DNA of 64,000 nt from Pristiophorus japonicus (taxonomy: Eukaryota): contig NC_091984.1 in the NCBI RefSeq assembly GCF_044704955.1, positions 147,870,001 through 147,934,000 on the forward strand, written 5' to 3'. The number at the start of each line of letters is the position of its first letter. Positions within the stretch are counted from its first letter, which is position 1. The notes under the pieces were generated by a model, which saw only the letters and a list, made by a program, of their open reading frames with translations, had not been told where the DNA came from and searched no databases. Positions 1-14,731 of the stretch are shown in pieces. A program made the position numbers and the translations under genes.

Positions 1-146
1 GGCCCTGATTTCCCTGCAGTAACTACCTTCTGTAAGTGGTGATCTCCGCACCGGCCACAAACAGGTCCTGCTCTCGCTTATGTACAGCTCATGGATTTAA
101 AATTACAAGCTTTCCCCACAGTGTCAAGTGCTGCAAATACATGTTG

Positions 147-3100
147 CATAGAAACATAGAAAATAGGTGCAGGAGTAGGCTATTCGGCCCTTCGAGCCTG
201 CACCGTCATTCAATAAGATCATGGCTGATCATTCACTCAGTGCCCCTTTCATGCTTTCTCGCCATACCCCTTGACCCCTTAGCCATATCTAACTCCCTCT
301 TGAATATATCCAATGAACTGGCATAAACAACTCTCTGCGGTAGGGAATTCCACAGGTTAACAACTCTCTGAGTGAAGAAGTTTCTTCTCATCTCAGGCCT
401 CAATGGCCTACCCCTTATCCTGAGACTATGCCCCCTGGTTCCGGACTTCCCCAACATCGGGAACATTCTTCCTGCACCTAACCCATCCCTTCCCGTCAGA
501 ATCTTATACATTTCAATGAGTTCCCTTTGTTGGGGAGGGCATCAAACTGGAAATTAGGGGTGCATGCAATAAAGGTGCAGCAGTTATCATGAGTGACTTT
601 AATATGCATATAGATTGGGCTAACCAAACTGGAAACAATACGGTGGAGGAGGATTTCCTGGAGCACATAAGGGATGGATTTCTAGACCAATAAGTCGAGG
701 AACCAACCAGGGGGGAGGCCATCTTAGACTGGGTGTTGTGTAATGAGAGAGGATTAATTAGCAATTTCATTGTGCGAGGCCCCTTGGGGATGAGTGACCA
801 TAATATGGTGGAATTCTACATTAGGATGGAGAATGAAACGGTTAATTTAGAGACCATGGTCCAGAACTTAAAGAAGGGTAACTTTGAAGGTATGAGACGT
901 GAATTGGCTAGGATAGATTGGCGAATGATACTTAAGGGGTTGACTGTGGATGGGCAATGGCAGACATTTAGAGACCGCATGGATGAACTATAACAATTGT
1001 ACATCCCTGTCTGGCATAAAAAATAAAAAAGGGAAGGTGGCTCAACCGTGGCTATCAAGAGAAATCAGGGATAGTATTAAAGCCAAGGAAGTGACAAACA
1101 AATTGGCCAGAAATAGCAGCGAACCCAGGGACTGGGAGAAATTTAGAACTCAGCAGAGGAGGACAAAGGGTTTGATTAGGGCAGGGAAAATAGAGTACAA
1201 GAGGAAGCTTACAGGGATCATTAAGACAGATTGCAAAAGCTTCTATAGATATGTAAAGAGAAAAAGGTTAGTAAATACAAATGTAGGTCCCCTGCAGTCA
1301 GAATCAGGGGAAGTCAGAACTGGGAACAAATAAATGGCAGACTAATTGAAAAAGTACTTTGGTTCGCTATTCACTAAGGAGGACACAAACAACCTTCCGG
1401 ATATAAAAGGGGTCAGAGGGTCTAGTAAGAAGGAGGAACTGAGGGAAATCCTTATTAGTCAGGAAATTGTGTTGGGGAAATTGATGGGATTGAAGGCCGA
1501 TAAATCTCCAGGGCCTGATGGTCTGCATCCCAGAGTACTTAAGGAGGTAGCCTTGGAAATAGCGGATGCATTGACAGTCATTTTCCAACATTCCATTGAC
1601 TCTGGATCAGTTCCTTTCGAGTGGAAGGTAGCCAATGTAACCCCACTTTTAAAAAAATTAGGGAGAGAGATAACAGCGAATTATAGACCGGTCAGCCTGA
1701 CATCGGTAGTGGGTAAAATGATGGAATCAATAATTAAGGATGTCAAAGCAGTGCATTTGGAAAGAGGTGACATGATAGGTCCAAGTCAGCATGGATTTGT
1801 CAAAGGGAAATCATGCTTGACAAATCTTCTGGAATTTTTTGAGGATGTTTCCAGTAGAGTGGACAAAGGAGAACCAGTTGATGTGGTGTATTTGGACTTT
1901 CAGAAGGCTTTCGACAAGGTCCCACACAAGAGATTAATGTGCAAAGTTAAAGCACATGGGATTGGGGGTAGGGTGCTGATGTGGATTGAGAACTGGTTGG
2001 CAGACAGGAAGCAAAGAGTAGGAGTAAATGGGTACTTTTCAGAATGGCAGGCAGTGACTAGTGGGGTACCGCCAGGTTCTGTGCTGGGGCCACAGCTGTT
2101 TACATTGTACATTAATGATTTAGACGAGGGGATTAAATGTAGTATCTCCAAATTTGCGGATGACTCTAAGTTGGGTGGCAGTGTGAGCTACGAGGAGGAT
2201 GCTATAAGGTTGCAGAGTGACTTGGCTAGGTTAGGTGAGTGGGCAAATGCGTGGCAGATGAAGTATAATGTGGATAAATGTGAGGTTATCCACTTTGGTG
2301 GTAAAAACAGAGAGACAGACTATTATCTGAATGGTGACAGATTAGGAAAAGGGGAGGTGCAATGAGACCTGGGTGTCATGGTACATCAGTCATTGAAGGT
2401 TGGAATGCAGGTACAGCAGGCGGTTCAGAAAGCAAATGGCATGTTGGCCTTCATAGCGAGGGGATTTGAGTACAGGGGCAGGGAGGTGTTGCTACAGTTG
2501 TACAGGGCCTTGGTGAGGCCACACCTGGAGTATTGTGTACAGTTTTGGTCTCCTAACTTGAGGAAAGACATTCTTGCTTTTGAGGGAGTGCAGCGAAGGT
2601 TCACCAGACTGATTCCCGGGATGGCGGGACTGACATATCAAGAAAGACTGGATCAACTGGGCTTGTATTCACTGGAGTTCAGAAGAATGAGAGGGAATCT
2701 CAAAGAAACGTTTAAAATTCTGACGGTTAGACAGGTTAGATGCAGGAAGAATGTTCCCAATGTTGGGGAAGTCCAGAACCAGGGGTCACAGCCTAAGGGG
2801 TAAGCCATTTAGGACCGAGATGAGGAGAAGCTTCTTCACCCAGAAGTGGTAAACCTGTGGAATTCTCTGCCACAGAAAGTTGTTGAGGCCAATTCACTAA
2901 ATATATTCAAAAAGGAGTTAGATGTAGTCCTTGCTACTTCGGGGATCAAGGGGTTTGGTGAGAAAGCAGGAATGGGGTACTGAAGTTGCATGTTCAGTCA
3001 TGAACTCATTGAATGGCGGTGCAGGCTCGAAGGGCCGAATGGCTTACTCCTGCACCTATTTTCTATGTTTCTATGTTTCTATCCTTCTAAACTCCAGTGA

Positions 3101-3920
3101 ATAAAGGCCCAGTTGATCCAGTCTCTCCTCATATAACAGTCCAGCCATCCCTGGAATTAGTCTGGTGAACCTTCGCTGCACTCCCTCAATAGCAAGGACG
3201 TCCTTCCTCAGATTAGGAGACCAAAACTGAACTCAATATTCCAGTTAAGGCCTCACTAAGGCCTTGTACAACTGCAGTAAGACCCCCCTTCTCCTATACT
3301 CACATCCCCTAGCTAAGAAGGCCAACAAACCATTTGCCTTCTTCCCCCCCTGCTGTACCTGCACGCCGACCTTCAAAGACTGATGAACCATGACACCTTG
3401 GTCTCACTGCACCTCCCCTTTTCCTAATCTGCCGCCATTCAGATAATATTCTGCCTTCATGTTTTTGCCCCTCACATTTATCCACATTATACTGCATCTG
3501 CCATGCATTTGCCCACTCACCCAACCTGTCCAAGTCACCCTGCAGCCTCTTATCATCCCCCTCACAGCTCACACCGCCACCCAGTTTAGTGTCATCTGCA
3601 AACTTGGAGATATTACACTCAATTCCTTCATCCAAATCATTAATATATATTGTAAAGAGCTGGAGTCCCGGCACTGAGCCCTGCGGCACTCCACTAGTCA
3701 CTTTCTGCCATTCTGAAAAGTGCCCATTTATCCCGACACTCTGCTTCCAACCAGTTCTCTATCCACGTCAGTACATTACCCCCAATACCATGCGCTTTGA
3801 TTTTGCACACCAATCTCTTGTCCGGGAACTTGTCAAAAAGCCTTTTGAAAGTCCAAATATACCACATCACTGGTTCTCCCTTGTCCACTCTACGAGTTAC
3901 ATTCTCAAAAAATTCCAGAA
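147..3920 (-). mobile_element. 5'-truncated CR1 LINE, split by a nested CR1 at ~521-3082
   Basis: The CR1 3' tail (CTATGTTT)n is at ~147-165 on the minus strand. ORF2 C-terminal peptides (RRNFFTQRVVNLWNSLP) are at 233-511. RT motifs (SGVPQGSV, KFADDTKL) resume at 3083-3900. The right inverted arm lacks this insertion. Confidence 0.85.
521..3082 (+). mobile_element. CR1 LINE ORF2 (endonuclease end + RT) pseudogene with 3' UTR
   Basis: ORFs 733-2803 carry KSPGPDG, NYRPVSLTS, YLDFQKAFDKV, KFADD and RPHLEYC, with stops and frameshifts. The element ends in TTCTATGTTTCTATGTTTCTAT. Confidence 0.92.
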
Positions 3921-4739
3921 TTTTTTATTATCAGGATTATATTATCAGGGTTATATTCTTACTGTCTGTCATTGTCACAACACTCGCTACATAAATGCAA
4001 GTTGTTGTTGTGTTCAGGGGCCGCTGTATCTGGCTCAGGCTTCTTATCCATCCCCCCCTTCCCTTCCCCCTCCATTGGGGGCCGTGCCTTCAGCTGCCTG
4101 GGCCCTAACTCCCTATTCCCTAAACCTCTCTGCCACTCTAACCCTCTCCTCTTTTAAGACTTCCCTTCAAACCCAATCTGTGACTGAGCGTTTTGATCCC
4201 CCTCCCAGCTCCTCCCCCTTTGGCTCAGCACCACTTTGACCAGATTACGCCTCTGTCAGCTGCCTTGGGATGTTGTTCTAATTTTCCAGTTTCTATAGCA
4301 ATGTCGGTTGTTGCTGTTGTACCTGGCAACAGAGCGTCTCTGTGTGGATATACCCCGTGCACCGAGCTCCACGGTGAGGCCTCCCACATTGGAATGGCCA
4401 GCCGATGCTCGCTGCAGTGCGGAGTGGCTACTGACCTGCCAATCGGTCTGAGACACCGCCTCACGAGCGGACGAGGAGATACACGCTGAGATCCACCATC
4501 AAATGACACGTGGGGAACTGGAAATGATTCTGAAAACCTGACTGGAGGTTTGGTCCAAATGGGTTTTACAAACCAATTAATTGATTGACACAGAAATTGT
4601 CAAAAAATGTGGTCTTTTCAGAACCAACATCGCCCTCTTTTGGTATTAAGACAGCACTGACAATTTCCCTCACAATTTGACTGAGCTGCAATTTTCAATG
4701 TCTCTTTACGTGGCTCGCTGTCAATCTTTATTTTATAAC

Positions 4740-7700
4740 TGTTATGCTCATAATAAAAGGTGAGACCGAGTACTATGTGTAATGAGCAAGTGTGACCTTA
4801 GCTCCTTTATTGTAGTTCCAGAGTGCAGCTACTTCGTGGGTGGCCTGCTTATAGACTGTACTCCCAAGGGATGCTGGGATCCCTTGGAACTCCAACAGGT
4901 CGGCACTCTGGTGGATAGGTCTGATGCAGGTTACAAGGTTACAAGGGGTTAAATACATGACATCCCTCCCCCGTGAAGTCAACAATACAATTACATGGTG
5001 TGACGATCTGGGTCTCTGCGCTCCCTTGTCGATCGTCTCGGTACAAATGTTGATATGATTGGGTTGGTCAGTTCTTCATTGGACTGTTGGGCAGCCGGCC
5101 TTGCCGAGCTGCTGGTGATGACGAGTTCTGTTTCCTGGTCAACTGTGATGTCAGTTGCCACTTGTGTGTGTGTTGGAAGGTCAAAGTTGGTGGTGTCCTC
5201 CTGAGGTTGTCCGTAGCTGTTGGTGAACCGCAGTTTAATTTGGTCCAAGTGTTTTCTGTGCATTTGTCCATTGGTCATTTTGACCTCAAACACCCTACTC
5301 CCCTCTTTGGATGTGATCGTGCCAGCAAGCCATTTGGGACCATGTCCAAAATTGAGCATAAACGCAGAATCATTGATCTCAATATCGCGTGACAAGTTTG
5401 CGAGGTCATGGTACACACTCTGTTGATGCCGCTTATTCTCCACGTGATCATGTAGATCAGGGTGGACCAGAGAGAGCCTTGTTTTAAGCGCCCTTTTCAT
5501 GAGCAGCTCGGCTGGGGGAATCCCTGTGAGTGAGTGGGGTCTGGTGCGGTAGCTGAGTAGTACTCGGGACAACCGGTTCGGCAGGGAGCCTTCCGACACG
5601 CGTTTCAAGCTTTGCTTGATGGTCTGAACTGCCCGTTCTGCCTGGCCGTTGGATGCAGGCTTCAACAGCGGAGATGTGACATGTTTGATCCTGTTGCGGG
5701 TCATGAATTCTTTGAATACGGCACGAGTGAAGCATGGCCCATTGTCGCTGACTAGGACATTGGGCAGGCTATGCATGGCAAACATAGCTCTTAGATTTTC
5801 AATGGTGGCTGTGGACGTGCTTCCAAACATTACTGCACATTCAATCCATTTTGTGTAAGCATCCACTGTCATATATGCAACCTTCATGTAACTGTAAACT
5901 TCATGTAATAACACTGCATACTGTATATTCCTAAGAAATGCACACCTTGACCACAGGGGGTGAACTTTTGGGAGACACTGCTCATCTGGTCTTCCAGGTA
6001 TATAAAGGGAGATCCCATGCAGGGTCATCACTTCTTAAAGGTTCAGGTCACAGACTGACCTTGTCTGCAGAATGTGTCTCGTGTGAATTTATAGTAGGGT
6101 GTAAGGACATTACATTTGGCGACGAGAAACGGGAATCAACGACTCACGAGAATGGCCACCGGTAGCACAGAGGAACGGTACTGTGTTGGTGAGGACTGGG
6201 ACGATTTCGTTGAGAGGCTCCAGCAGAGCTTTTTCATGAAGGTCTGGCTGGGAGATGCAGCGGCTGACAAGCGAAGGGCGCATCTACTGACCAGCTGTGG
6301 ACCTTAGACGTACGCGCTGATGAAAGACTTGCTCGCACCCGAGAAGCCGGCGGACAAAACCTTTGAAGAGCTCAGCAAACTGATCGGTGAGCACCTCAAA
6401 CCGGCGAGCAGTATACACCGACACCGAATTGATACACACTGACGTCGGGAAGGACAGAGCATACCGGACTTCGTTGCGGACCTTCGGCGCTCGGCCAGCC
6501 TCAGTAAGTTCACAGACGCCTGCAGTGGTGACATGTTAAGGGATTTCTTTATTGAGGGCATTGGTCATGTCGGGATTTTCAGACAGCTAATTGAGACCAA
6601 GGACTTGACCTTGGAAGCGGTGGCGTTCATGGCTCAGACCTTCATGGCGGGGGAGGAGGAAACCAAGACAACTCTGCTCCCAACGTGGCAATGGATCAGG
6701 GAGTTAACATTGTAAACGCGACTCAGAATTCCGCAGGCAGGCAAGGGCAATTCAACACCACTCAGGCAGCAACAGACTCTAGAGTGGGTCCTCAACAGAG
6801 AGAATGGCAGGTTGAATTGACATTTACGCCATCACGGTGGACAATGCATCACGAGATGAGGCCATTGACACCCACTAAAAGAGTGCTCAAGAGTAAACAA
6901 AGAGACAATCAGAGAGGAATGCCTGGTAACAGCCCTTTTGTTCACAACAATCTCAGCTCATGCTGGAGTGCGGGGGCAGACTTGCGGCAAAAACCTGTAG
7001 GTTTCAACAATTTATCTGTAGAAATTGTAACTTCAGTGGACATTTAGCCAGAATATGCAAGAAGCCTGCAGCGAGGCTAATTTACGAGGCAGATGAACCA
7101 GAAGAGGGGTCTGCAAGGCAGGTTGATGCTTGGGACAAAGCTCATATACCAAAACGCCAGCCATGATGATGAAAGTCCTATTAAACAGCATCCCGGTACG
7201 CATGGAGCTGGACACAGGGGCCAGCCAGCCACTTAGGAGTGTCCAACAATTCGAGAAGTTATGGCCACTCCGAGCTAGCAGACCCAAACTAGAACGCATT
7301 GACACGCAATTACGGATGTACACCAAAGAGATCATCCCAGTGCGAGGCAGTGCAATGCTGCTGGTCACACATAATGGATCAGAGAACCGGCTGCCACTCT
7401 GGAAAATGGTCCCGTGCTTTTGGGGAGGAGCTGGCTAGCCGAGATGAACTGGAAATGGGGGGATGTGCACACCATTTCATCCGTGAAGCGAAGTTCATGC
7501 TCACAGGTCCTACAGAATTTTGAGTCACGATTTCAACCCGGTGTCGGGACTTTCAAGGATACCAAAGTAGTGATACGCATCACCCCAGACGCCAGACCAG
7601 TGCACCACAAAGCCAGAGTTGTGCCGTATGTGATGCGTTAGAAAATTGAGAGCGAGTTGTACAGGTTGCTAAGAGAGGGCATAATTACGCCCGTTGAATT

Positions 7701-10700
7701 CAGTGACTGGGCAAGCCCCATCATCCCTGTCCTAAAAAAGGATGGCTCGGTCAGGATCTGTGGTGACTATAAGGCCACTATCAACCGAGTGGTTCTACAA
7801 GACCAATACCCGCTTCCGAGACGGAGGAACTTTTTGCCATTCTGGCAGGCAGCAAGATGTTCACCAAGTTGGACCTCACTTCAGCTTACATGACCTCGGA
7901 ACTGGCCGAAGAATCCAAGCTACTGACAACCATCACCACGCACAAGGGGCTGTTTGTCTACAATAGGTGTCCGTTTTGCATTCAATCAGCAGCCGCTATC
8001 TTTCAAAGGAACATGGAAAGCCTGCTCAAATCCATCCCTGGAACAATCGTATTTCATGACGACATCCTTATCACGAGTCGAGACACCGAGGAACACCTCC
8101 ACAACCTGGAGGAGGTGCTACGCCGACTGGAACGAGTAGGCCTACGACTAAAGAAGTCCAAGTGTGTGTTTTTGGCCCAGAGGTCGAGTTTTTGGGCAGG
8201 ATAGTTACTGCAGACTGGATCCGGCCTACCGAATCCAAAGCGGAGGCGATTCGTCGTGCGCCCAGGCCCGGCAACACATCGGAGTTGCGTGCACTTCTGG
8301 GACTCTTGAACTATTTCGGGAACTTACTGCCGAACTTCAGCACATTGTTGGAGCCGCTACACATACTCCTGTGTAAGGGTTGCGATTGGTTTTGGGGGTC
8401 TGTCAGGAATGGGCTTTCAATCGGGTGCGGAACCTGCTTTGTTCAAATAAGCTGTTGACCCTGTACAAACCCTGTAAGAAATTGGTTTTGACATGTGATG
8501 CACCATCCTATGGGGTTGGGTGCGTGTTGCAGCAGAGTAATGATGAGGGCCAACTCCAAGCTGTGGCTTATGCCTCCAGGCCGCTCTCCCAAGCAGAACG
8601 GGGATATGGGATGGTTGAAAAGGAAGCACTCGCATGTGTCTACGGGGTGAAAAAGATGCACCAGTACCTTTTTAGCAGAAGGTTTGAGTTAGAAGCGGAC
8701 CACAAGCCGTTAACATCCCTGTTGTCAGACAACAAAGCTGTCAATGCCAATGTGTCAGCTCGCATACAGCGATGGGCTCTCACGCTGGCTGCGTATGACT
8801 ACACCATACGGAACCGGCCAGACACCGAAAATTGCGCTGACGCGCTCTGCAGGCTTCCACTGGCCACCACAGAGGGGGCAGCAGAGCAAAGTTGCTGAGA
8901 TAGTCATGGCGCAGGCTCCCCCATCACAGCCCGCCTGATCAAAATCTGGACCAACAGAGATCCCCCTCCTATCCTTGATTAAGAAATGTGTCCTGCCTAG
9001 GGATTTGGCGCCCGCACATGGAGCATGCCCCGAGGAGGTCAGACCGTTTCACAGACGGATGGATGAACTCTCCATCCAAGCCGACAACCTACTATGGGGC
9101 AGCCGGGTAGTCATGCCCCAGAGGGGTAGGGAAGCATTCATCAGAGAACTGCACAGCGACCACCCAGGCATCGTGCTAATGAAGGCCATTGCCCGGTCAC
9201 ATGTATGGTGGCCGGGAATTGACTCGCACGTGGAACACTGTGTTCACAGGTGCACGACGTGTATCCAGCTGGGCAATGCGCCCAGGGGAGGCCCCACTCA
9301 GCCTGTGGCCCTTGCCCATCAGGCCATGGTCACGTATTCACGTAGACTACGCGGGCTCAGTCATGGGAAAAATGTTCCTCATTGTTGTTCCTCAATGGAT
9401 CGAGTGCATCATATTGAATTCGTTCACGACATCCACCACTGTGGAGAGTCTGCATGCGGTCTTAGCGACCCACGGCTTGCCGGACATCCTGGTTAGCGAC
9501 AATGGCCCGTGTTTCACTCGCTATGAATTCTGGGAATGCATGTCGCGTAATGACATCAAACATGTCAGGACACCACCGTTCAAGCCGGCTTCCAATGGCC
9601 AGGCAGAATGTGCGGTCCAAATCATAAAACAAGGCATGCTCCAGATTCAAGGACCCTCTCTTCAATGCCGCCTATCGTGCCTCCTGCTGGCCTAAAAGTC
9701 CCGACCACATTCACTCACGGGAGTCCCGCCCATGGAACTACTCATGAAACGTACACTTAAAACTCGGCTGTCCTTCATTCATCCAGTCCTGTCAGACATT
9801 GTTGAGGGCAAGCGCCAGTCCCAAAATGAGTGCCATGACCGTAACTCAAAGGGGAGATGTATAGAAATCGATGACCCTGTATTGTTCTTCATCATGCTTT
9901 GGGGCCCAAGTGCCTTGAGGGTACTGTAATTGGTAAAGAGGGGAATAGGGTCATAATGGTCAGACTTAAAAATGGACAGATATGCCACAAGCATGTGGAC
10001 CAAGTAAAAAAAAGGTTCAGCATGGACACTGAGGAACCTGAGGAAGATCATGAGATGCTGCCCACACCACTGCCAGTGAACGAGCAACAAGAACATTCAG
10101 CAGCATGCACAGTTCCTGTGGCCAGCCCGGACAAGCCGGAATCACCACAGGTGACAGAGACGCATACCAAGGCTCAACAACCAGAACCCCAACTGCGACG
10201 CTCCACGAGAGAACGTCGGCCGCCTGAAATACTTAATCTTTAACCCCATAAGACGTTGGGGTGATGATGTCATGTATGTAACCTTCATGTAACTGTGACC
10301 TTCATGTAATAACACTGCATACTATATGCACCAAAGAAATGCACACCTTGACCACAGCGGGTGAACTTGTGGGAGACACTCCTCACCTGTTCATCCAGGT
10401 ATATAAAGGGAGGTCCCACGCAGGGTCATCACTTCTTGGTCCTGTGAATAAAGGTTCAGGTCACAGAGTGACCTTGTCTGCAGAATGTGCCTCATGTGAA
10501 TATAAATAGTAGTGTGTAAGGACATTACATCCACGACAACCAAAAACATTTTGCCGAAGAATGGGCCTGCACAGTCTACATGGATCCTCGACCACAGTTT
10601 GGATAGCCAGGACCATAAACTTAGTGGTGCCTCTCTGGGTGCATTGCTCAACTGAGAGCAAGCACTGGCGTACACAAGACTCTAAATCTGAGTTAATGTC

Positions 10701-13700
10701 TGGCCACCACACGTGGGATCTGATATGGCTTTCATCATTATGATGCCTGAGTGGGTGCTGTGTAGTTCCCCAATAAATGTGTCTCTGCTTTTCTTGGGCA
10801 ATACCACAGGATTGCCCCACAAGAGACAGTCCGCCTGCAGGGACAGCTCATCTTTGCGTCTATGGAATGGCTTAATCGCTTCCTGCATCTCCACTGGGAC
10901 ACTGGACCAGTTCCCATGGAGGACACAGTTTTTTACCAGGGCCAGTAAAGGATCCTGGCTGGTCCAGGTCCTGATCTGGCGGGCCGTAACAGGGGATTTC
11001 TCATTCTCAAATTCCTCCATGACCATAAGCAAGTCCGCTGGCTGTGCCATTTCCACCCCAGTGGTGGGCAACGGTAGCCGAATGAGAGCATCTGTGCAGT
11101 TCTCTGTGCCCGGTCTGTGGCGAATTACATAGTTGTATGCCAACAGCATGAGCGCCCATCTTTGGATGCGGGCAGAGGCATTGGTATTGATCCTTTGCTC
11201 TCCGAGAATAGCGATATGAGCGGCTTGTGGTCTGTTTCAAGTTCGAACATCAGGCCAAGCAAGTACTGGTGCATTTTTTTTTACCCTGTAAACACACGCC
11301 AGAGCCTCTTTTTCAATCATGCTGTAGGCCCCTTCGGCCTTGGACAAACTCCTAGATGCATATGCAACCGGTTGCAAAATCCCCAATTCATTAGCCTGTT
11401 GTTACACACACCCGAACTTGTATGATGACGCATCGCAAGCTAACACTAGTCGTTTACATGGGTTATACAGGACAAGCAGTTTGTTAGAACACAGTAAATT
11501 TCTGGCTTTCTTAAAAGCAGCCTCTTGTGAATTCCCCCATACCCAGTCGTCTCCCCTGCGCAGTAGCGCATGCAAGGGTTCTAGTAGGGTGCTTAACCCA
11601 GGTAGGAAATTACCGAAGTAGTTCAGGAGTCCCAGAAACGACGGCAGTTCTGTGGTCACAGCGTGTTCTTGATGGCCTCCGTCTTGGCGTCGGTCGGTCT
11701 GATGCCATCTGCTGCGATCCTTCTTCCTAATAATTCAACCTCCTGTGCCAGGAATACACACTGCGAGCGTTTCAACCTGAGCCCCACGCGATCCAACCGA
11801 CTAAGAACCTCATCCATAGTGCTCCATAGTGTCCCAACCTGTAACCAATATGTTGTCCTGGAAGACCAGTGGACAAGGAACCGACTTTAGCAGGCTTTCC
11901 ATGTTTTGCTGGAAGATTGCTGCAGCCGACCGAATCCCGAACGGGCACCGGTTGTAAATGAATAGACCTTTGTGCGAGTTGATGCAGGTGGGGCATTTTG
12001 TAACTCCTCCAGCTCCTGCGTCATGTAGGCCGAGGTCAGGTCCAGCTTGTGAACGTCTTCCCTCCAGCAAGGTCGCAAATAGGGCGTCTGTCTTGGGTAG
12101 CGAAAAACGGTTAATTGTTACTTTATAGTCACCGCAAATTCTAACTGTACTGTCCTCCTTGAGTATCGGAACAATCAGGCCGGCCCAGTGTTGAATCCCA
12201 CCGGCGCGATGATGCCCTCGCGTTACAGCCTGTCCAGCTCGATTTCCACTTTTTCACGCTTCATGTACGGTACCGCCTGAGCCTTGCGGTGGATCGGTCG
12301 CGAACCAGGAACCAAATGGATCTGCATTTTCGCCCCCGAGAAACTTCCAATGTCTGGCTCAAATAACGATGAGAACTTGCTTAGAACCTGGGTACATGTG
12401 GTGTCATCAACTGACGAAAGCGCTCGGATGTCGTCCCAGTTTCAGCGGATTTTCCCCAGCCAGCTTCTGTCAAATAACATGGGGCCATCCCCTGGCACAA
12501 TCCATAGCGGGAGTTCGTGTACTGCTCCATCATAGGAGACTTTGACTTCAGCACTGCCAATTACCGAGATTAGTTCCCTTGTATAAGTCCTTAACTTCGT
12601 GTGAATGGGGCTGAGCTTGGGCCTGTGTGCAATGGCTGCAGAACAATGGGACACTTCCAACGAATGTGCAGGTGAGCTACAAACCCTGCAAACCCTGCAA
12701 ATTACCACGTTGCAGAGGAAGATCGGTCCACAGTGGAGCAGACAGATCTGCGTGCCTTCTTCCCCCACAGCCTGTCGAAGGCTGTTTTACTCATTATGGA
12801 CTGACTTGCTCCCGTGTCCAGCTCCATAGACACTGGAATACCATTCAGTTCAACTTTCAACATTATTGGTGGGCATTGCGTCGTGAACGTGTGTACCCCA
12901 TACACCTCTGCCTCCTCAGTATGAGTTTTCAATTCCATCTGATCCACTGTGGACTGATCTTCCTCTGCAACGTGGTGGTTTGCAGGGTTTGCAGCTCGCC
13001 TGCACATTCGTTGGAGGTGACCCATTGTCTGCAACCATTGCATACATAGTGCTTAAAGTGGCATTGATGGGGCCGATGATCACCTCCGCAGCACCAACAG
13101 GGTGTTAACTGCCTCGCATTAACAGATGATGACGGATTCTGGGTCAATTGAGGTCAGGCCACAGCAGCCGGTGTATACATTCTGCCATGTACATTTCTGC
13201 TCAAAACCGACGTTACTTTATGCACAGTACTGGCCAAAACTTCTTTGTTCTGCGAAATCTGCTTGGTGTTGTCGCTGGTGGACATAAATGCTTAGGCTAT
13301 CGTTATGGCTTTATTCAGATTCGCAGTTTCTACAGTAAACAAGCTTGCGAAGGATTGTTTCATGTCCAATGCCCAGTACAAAAACGTCTCTGAGCATTTG
13401 TTCTCGGAATCCCTCAAACTCACAATTTTCTGCAAGATGCCTTAGTTCGGTGACGTAGCTCGCCACTTCCTGGTCCCCCGATCGTTCACACGTGTAGAAC
13501 CGATATCTCACCATCAAAAGGCTTTCCTTAGGATTTAGGAGCTCCCGGACCAGCGTACACAGTTCTTCATAGGATTTATCTGTTGGTGTAGCCGGGGCCA
13601 GGAGATTCTTCATGAGGCCATAGGTAGTGGCCCTACAGACGGTTAGGAGGATCGCCCATCGTTTGGTCGCATTCTCGTCCCCTTCCAGCTTGTTGGCTAA

Positions 13701-14037
13701 GAAGTATTGGTCGAGTCTCTCCACATAGTCCTCCCTATCATCCCCCTCCGAGAACTTCTCCAGGATGACAACTGTTCTTTGCATTTACGCGCGGTTCTTT
13801 ATCTCGTCACCAATTGTTGTGCTCATAATAAATGCTCAGACCGATTACTGCGTGTAATGAGCAAGTGTGACCTTAGCTCCTTTATTGTAGTTCCAGAGTG
13901 CAGGTACCTCGTGGGTGGCCTGCTTATATACTGTACTGCCAAGGGATGCTGGGATCCCTTGGGACTCCAACAGGTAGGCCCTCTGGTGGGCAGGTGTGAT
14001 GCAGGTTACAATGTGAAAAGGGGTTAAATACATAACA
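4740..14037 (-). mobile_element. Gypsy LTR retrotransposon A (decayed gag-pro-RT-RNaseH-integrase)
   Basis: LTRs at 13815-14037 and 4740-4962 (TG..CA). PBS TGGTGACGAG at ~13803-13812; PPT at 4963-4972. Gag 13784-13311, protease ELDTGAS, RT and RNase H fragments, integrase VLVSDNGPCF. Degenerate 5-bp TSD ATAAC/ACAAT. Confidence 0.92.
5867..10529 (+). mobile_element. Gypsy LTR retrotransposon B, nested in the integrase of element A
   Basis: LTRs at 5867-6114 and 10268-10529. PBS TGGCGACGAG at 6117. Perfect TSD TCCAC (5862-5866 / 10530-10534). Gag, ELDTGAS protease, RT (FHDDILI), RNase H and integrase, all with frameshifts. Confidence 0.95.
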
Positions 14038-14258
14038 ACAATGCTCCTGTGAAGCGCTCGGGGAGTTTTACTGTGTTAAAGGTGCTGTATAAAAGTTGCT
14101 GTTGTTGTTTGTTCTGAGTTAGCTGTTCCAACTGAGGTCGGGATATGACTCACAGCTCAGACTGTGCGGCATCCAGTGATGCAATGTTGTATCGTGGGTT
14201 CAAGCCTCACTCCAGGGACCTGAGTACAAAATAAAGACATACACTGCTGTGCAGTCCT

Positions 14259-14726
14259 GAGGGAGTGCTGCACTGTCAGAGGGGCAGTAGTGAGAGAGTG
14301 CTGCACTGTCAGAGGAGCAGTACTGAGAGAGCGCTGCACTGTCAGAGGGGCAGTACTGAGGGAGTGCTGCACTGTCAGAGGGGCAGTACTGAGGGAGTGC
14401 TGCACTGTCAGAGGGGCAGTACTGAGGGAGTGCCGCACTGTTGGAGGGGCAGTACTGAGGGAGTGCTGCACTGTCAGAGGGGCAGTACTGAGGGAGTGCT
14501 GCACTGTCAGAGGGGCAGTACTGAGGGAGTGCTGCATTGTCAGAGGGGCAGTACTGAGGGAGTGCCGCACTGTTGGAGGGGCAGTACTGAGGGAGTGCTG
14601 CACTGTCAGAGGGGCAGTACTGAGGGAGTGCTGCACTGTCGGAGGGGCAGTACTGAGGGATTGCTGCACTGTCGGAGGGGCAGTACTGAGGGAGTGGTAT
14701 ATTGTCGGAGGGGCAGTACTGAGGGG
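14259..14726. repeat. 33-bp minisatellite (~14 units) expanded from a tRNA-SINE core
   Basis: Unit GAGGGAGTGCTGCACTGTCAGAGGGGCAGTACT. It is preceded by a SINE B-box-like GGTTCAAGCC at ~14198. Confidence 0.9.
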
Positions 14727-14731
14727 TTGCC

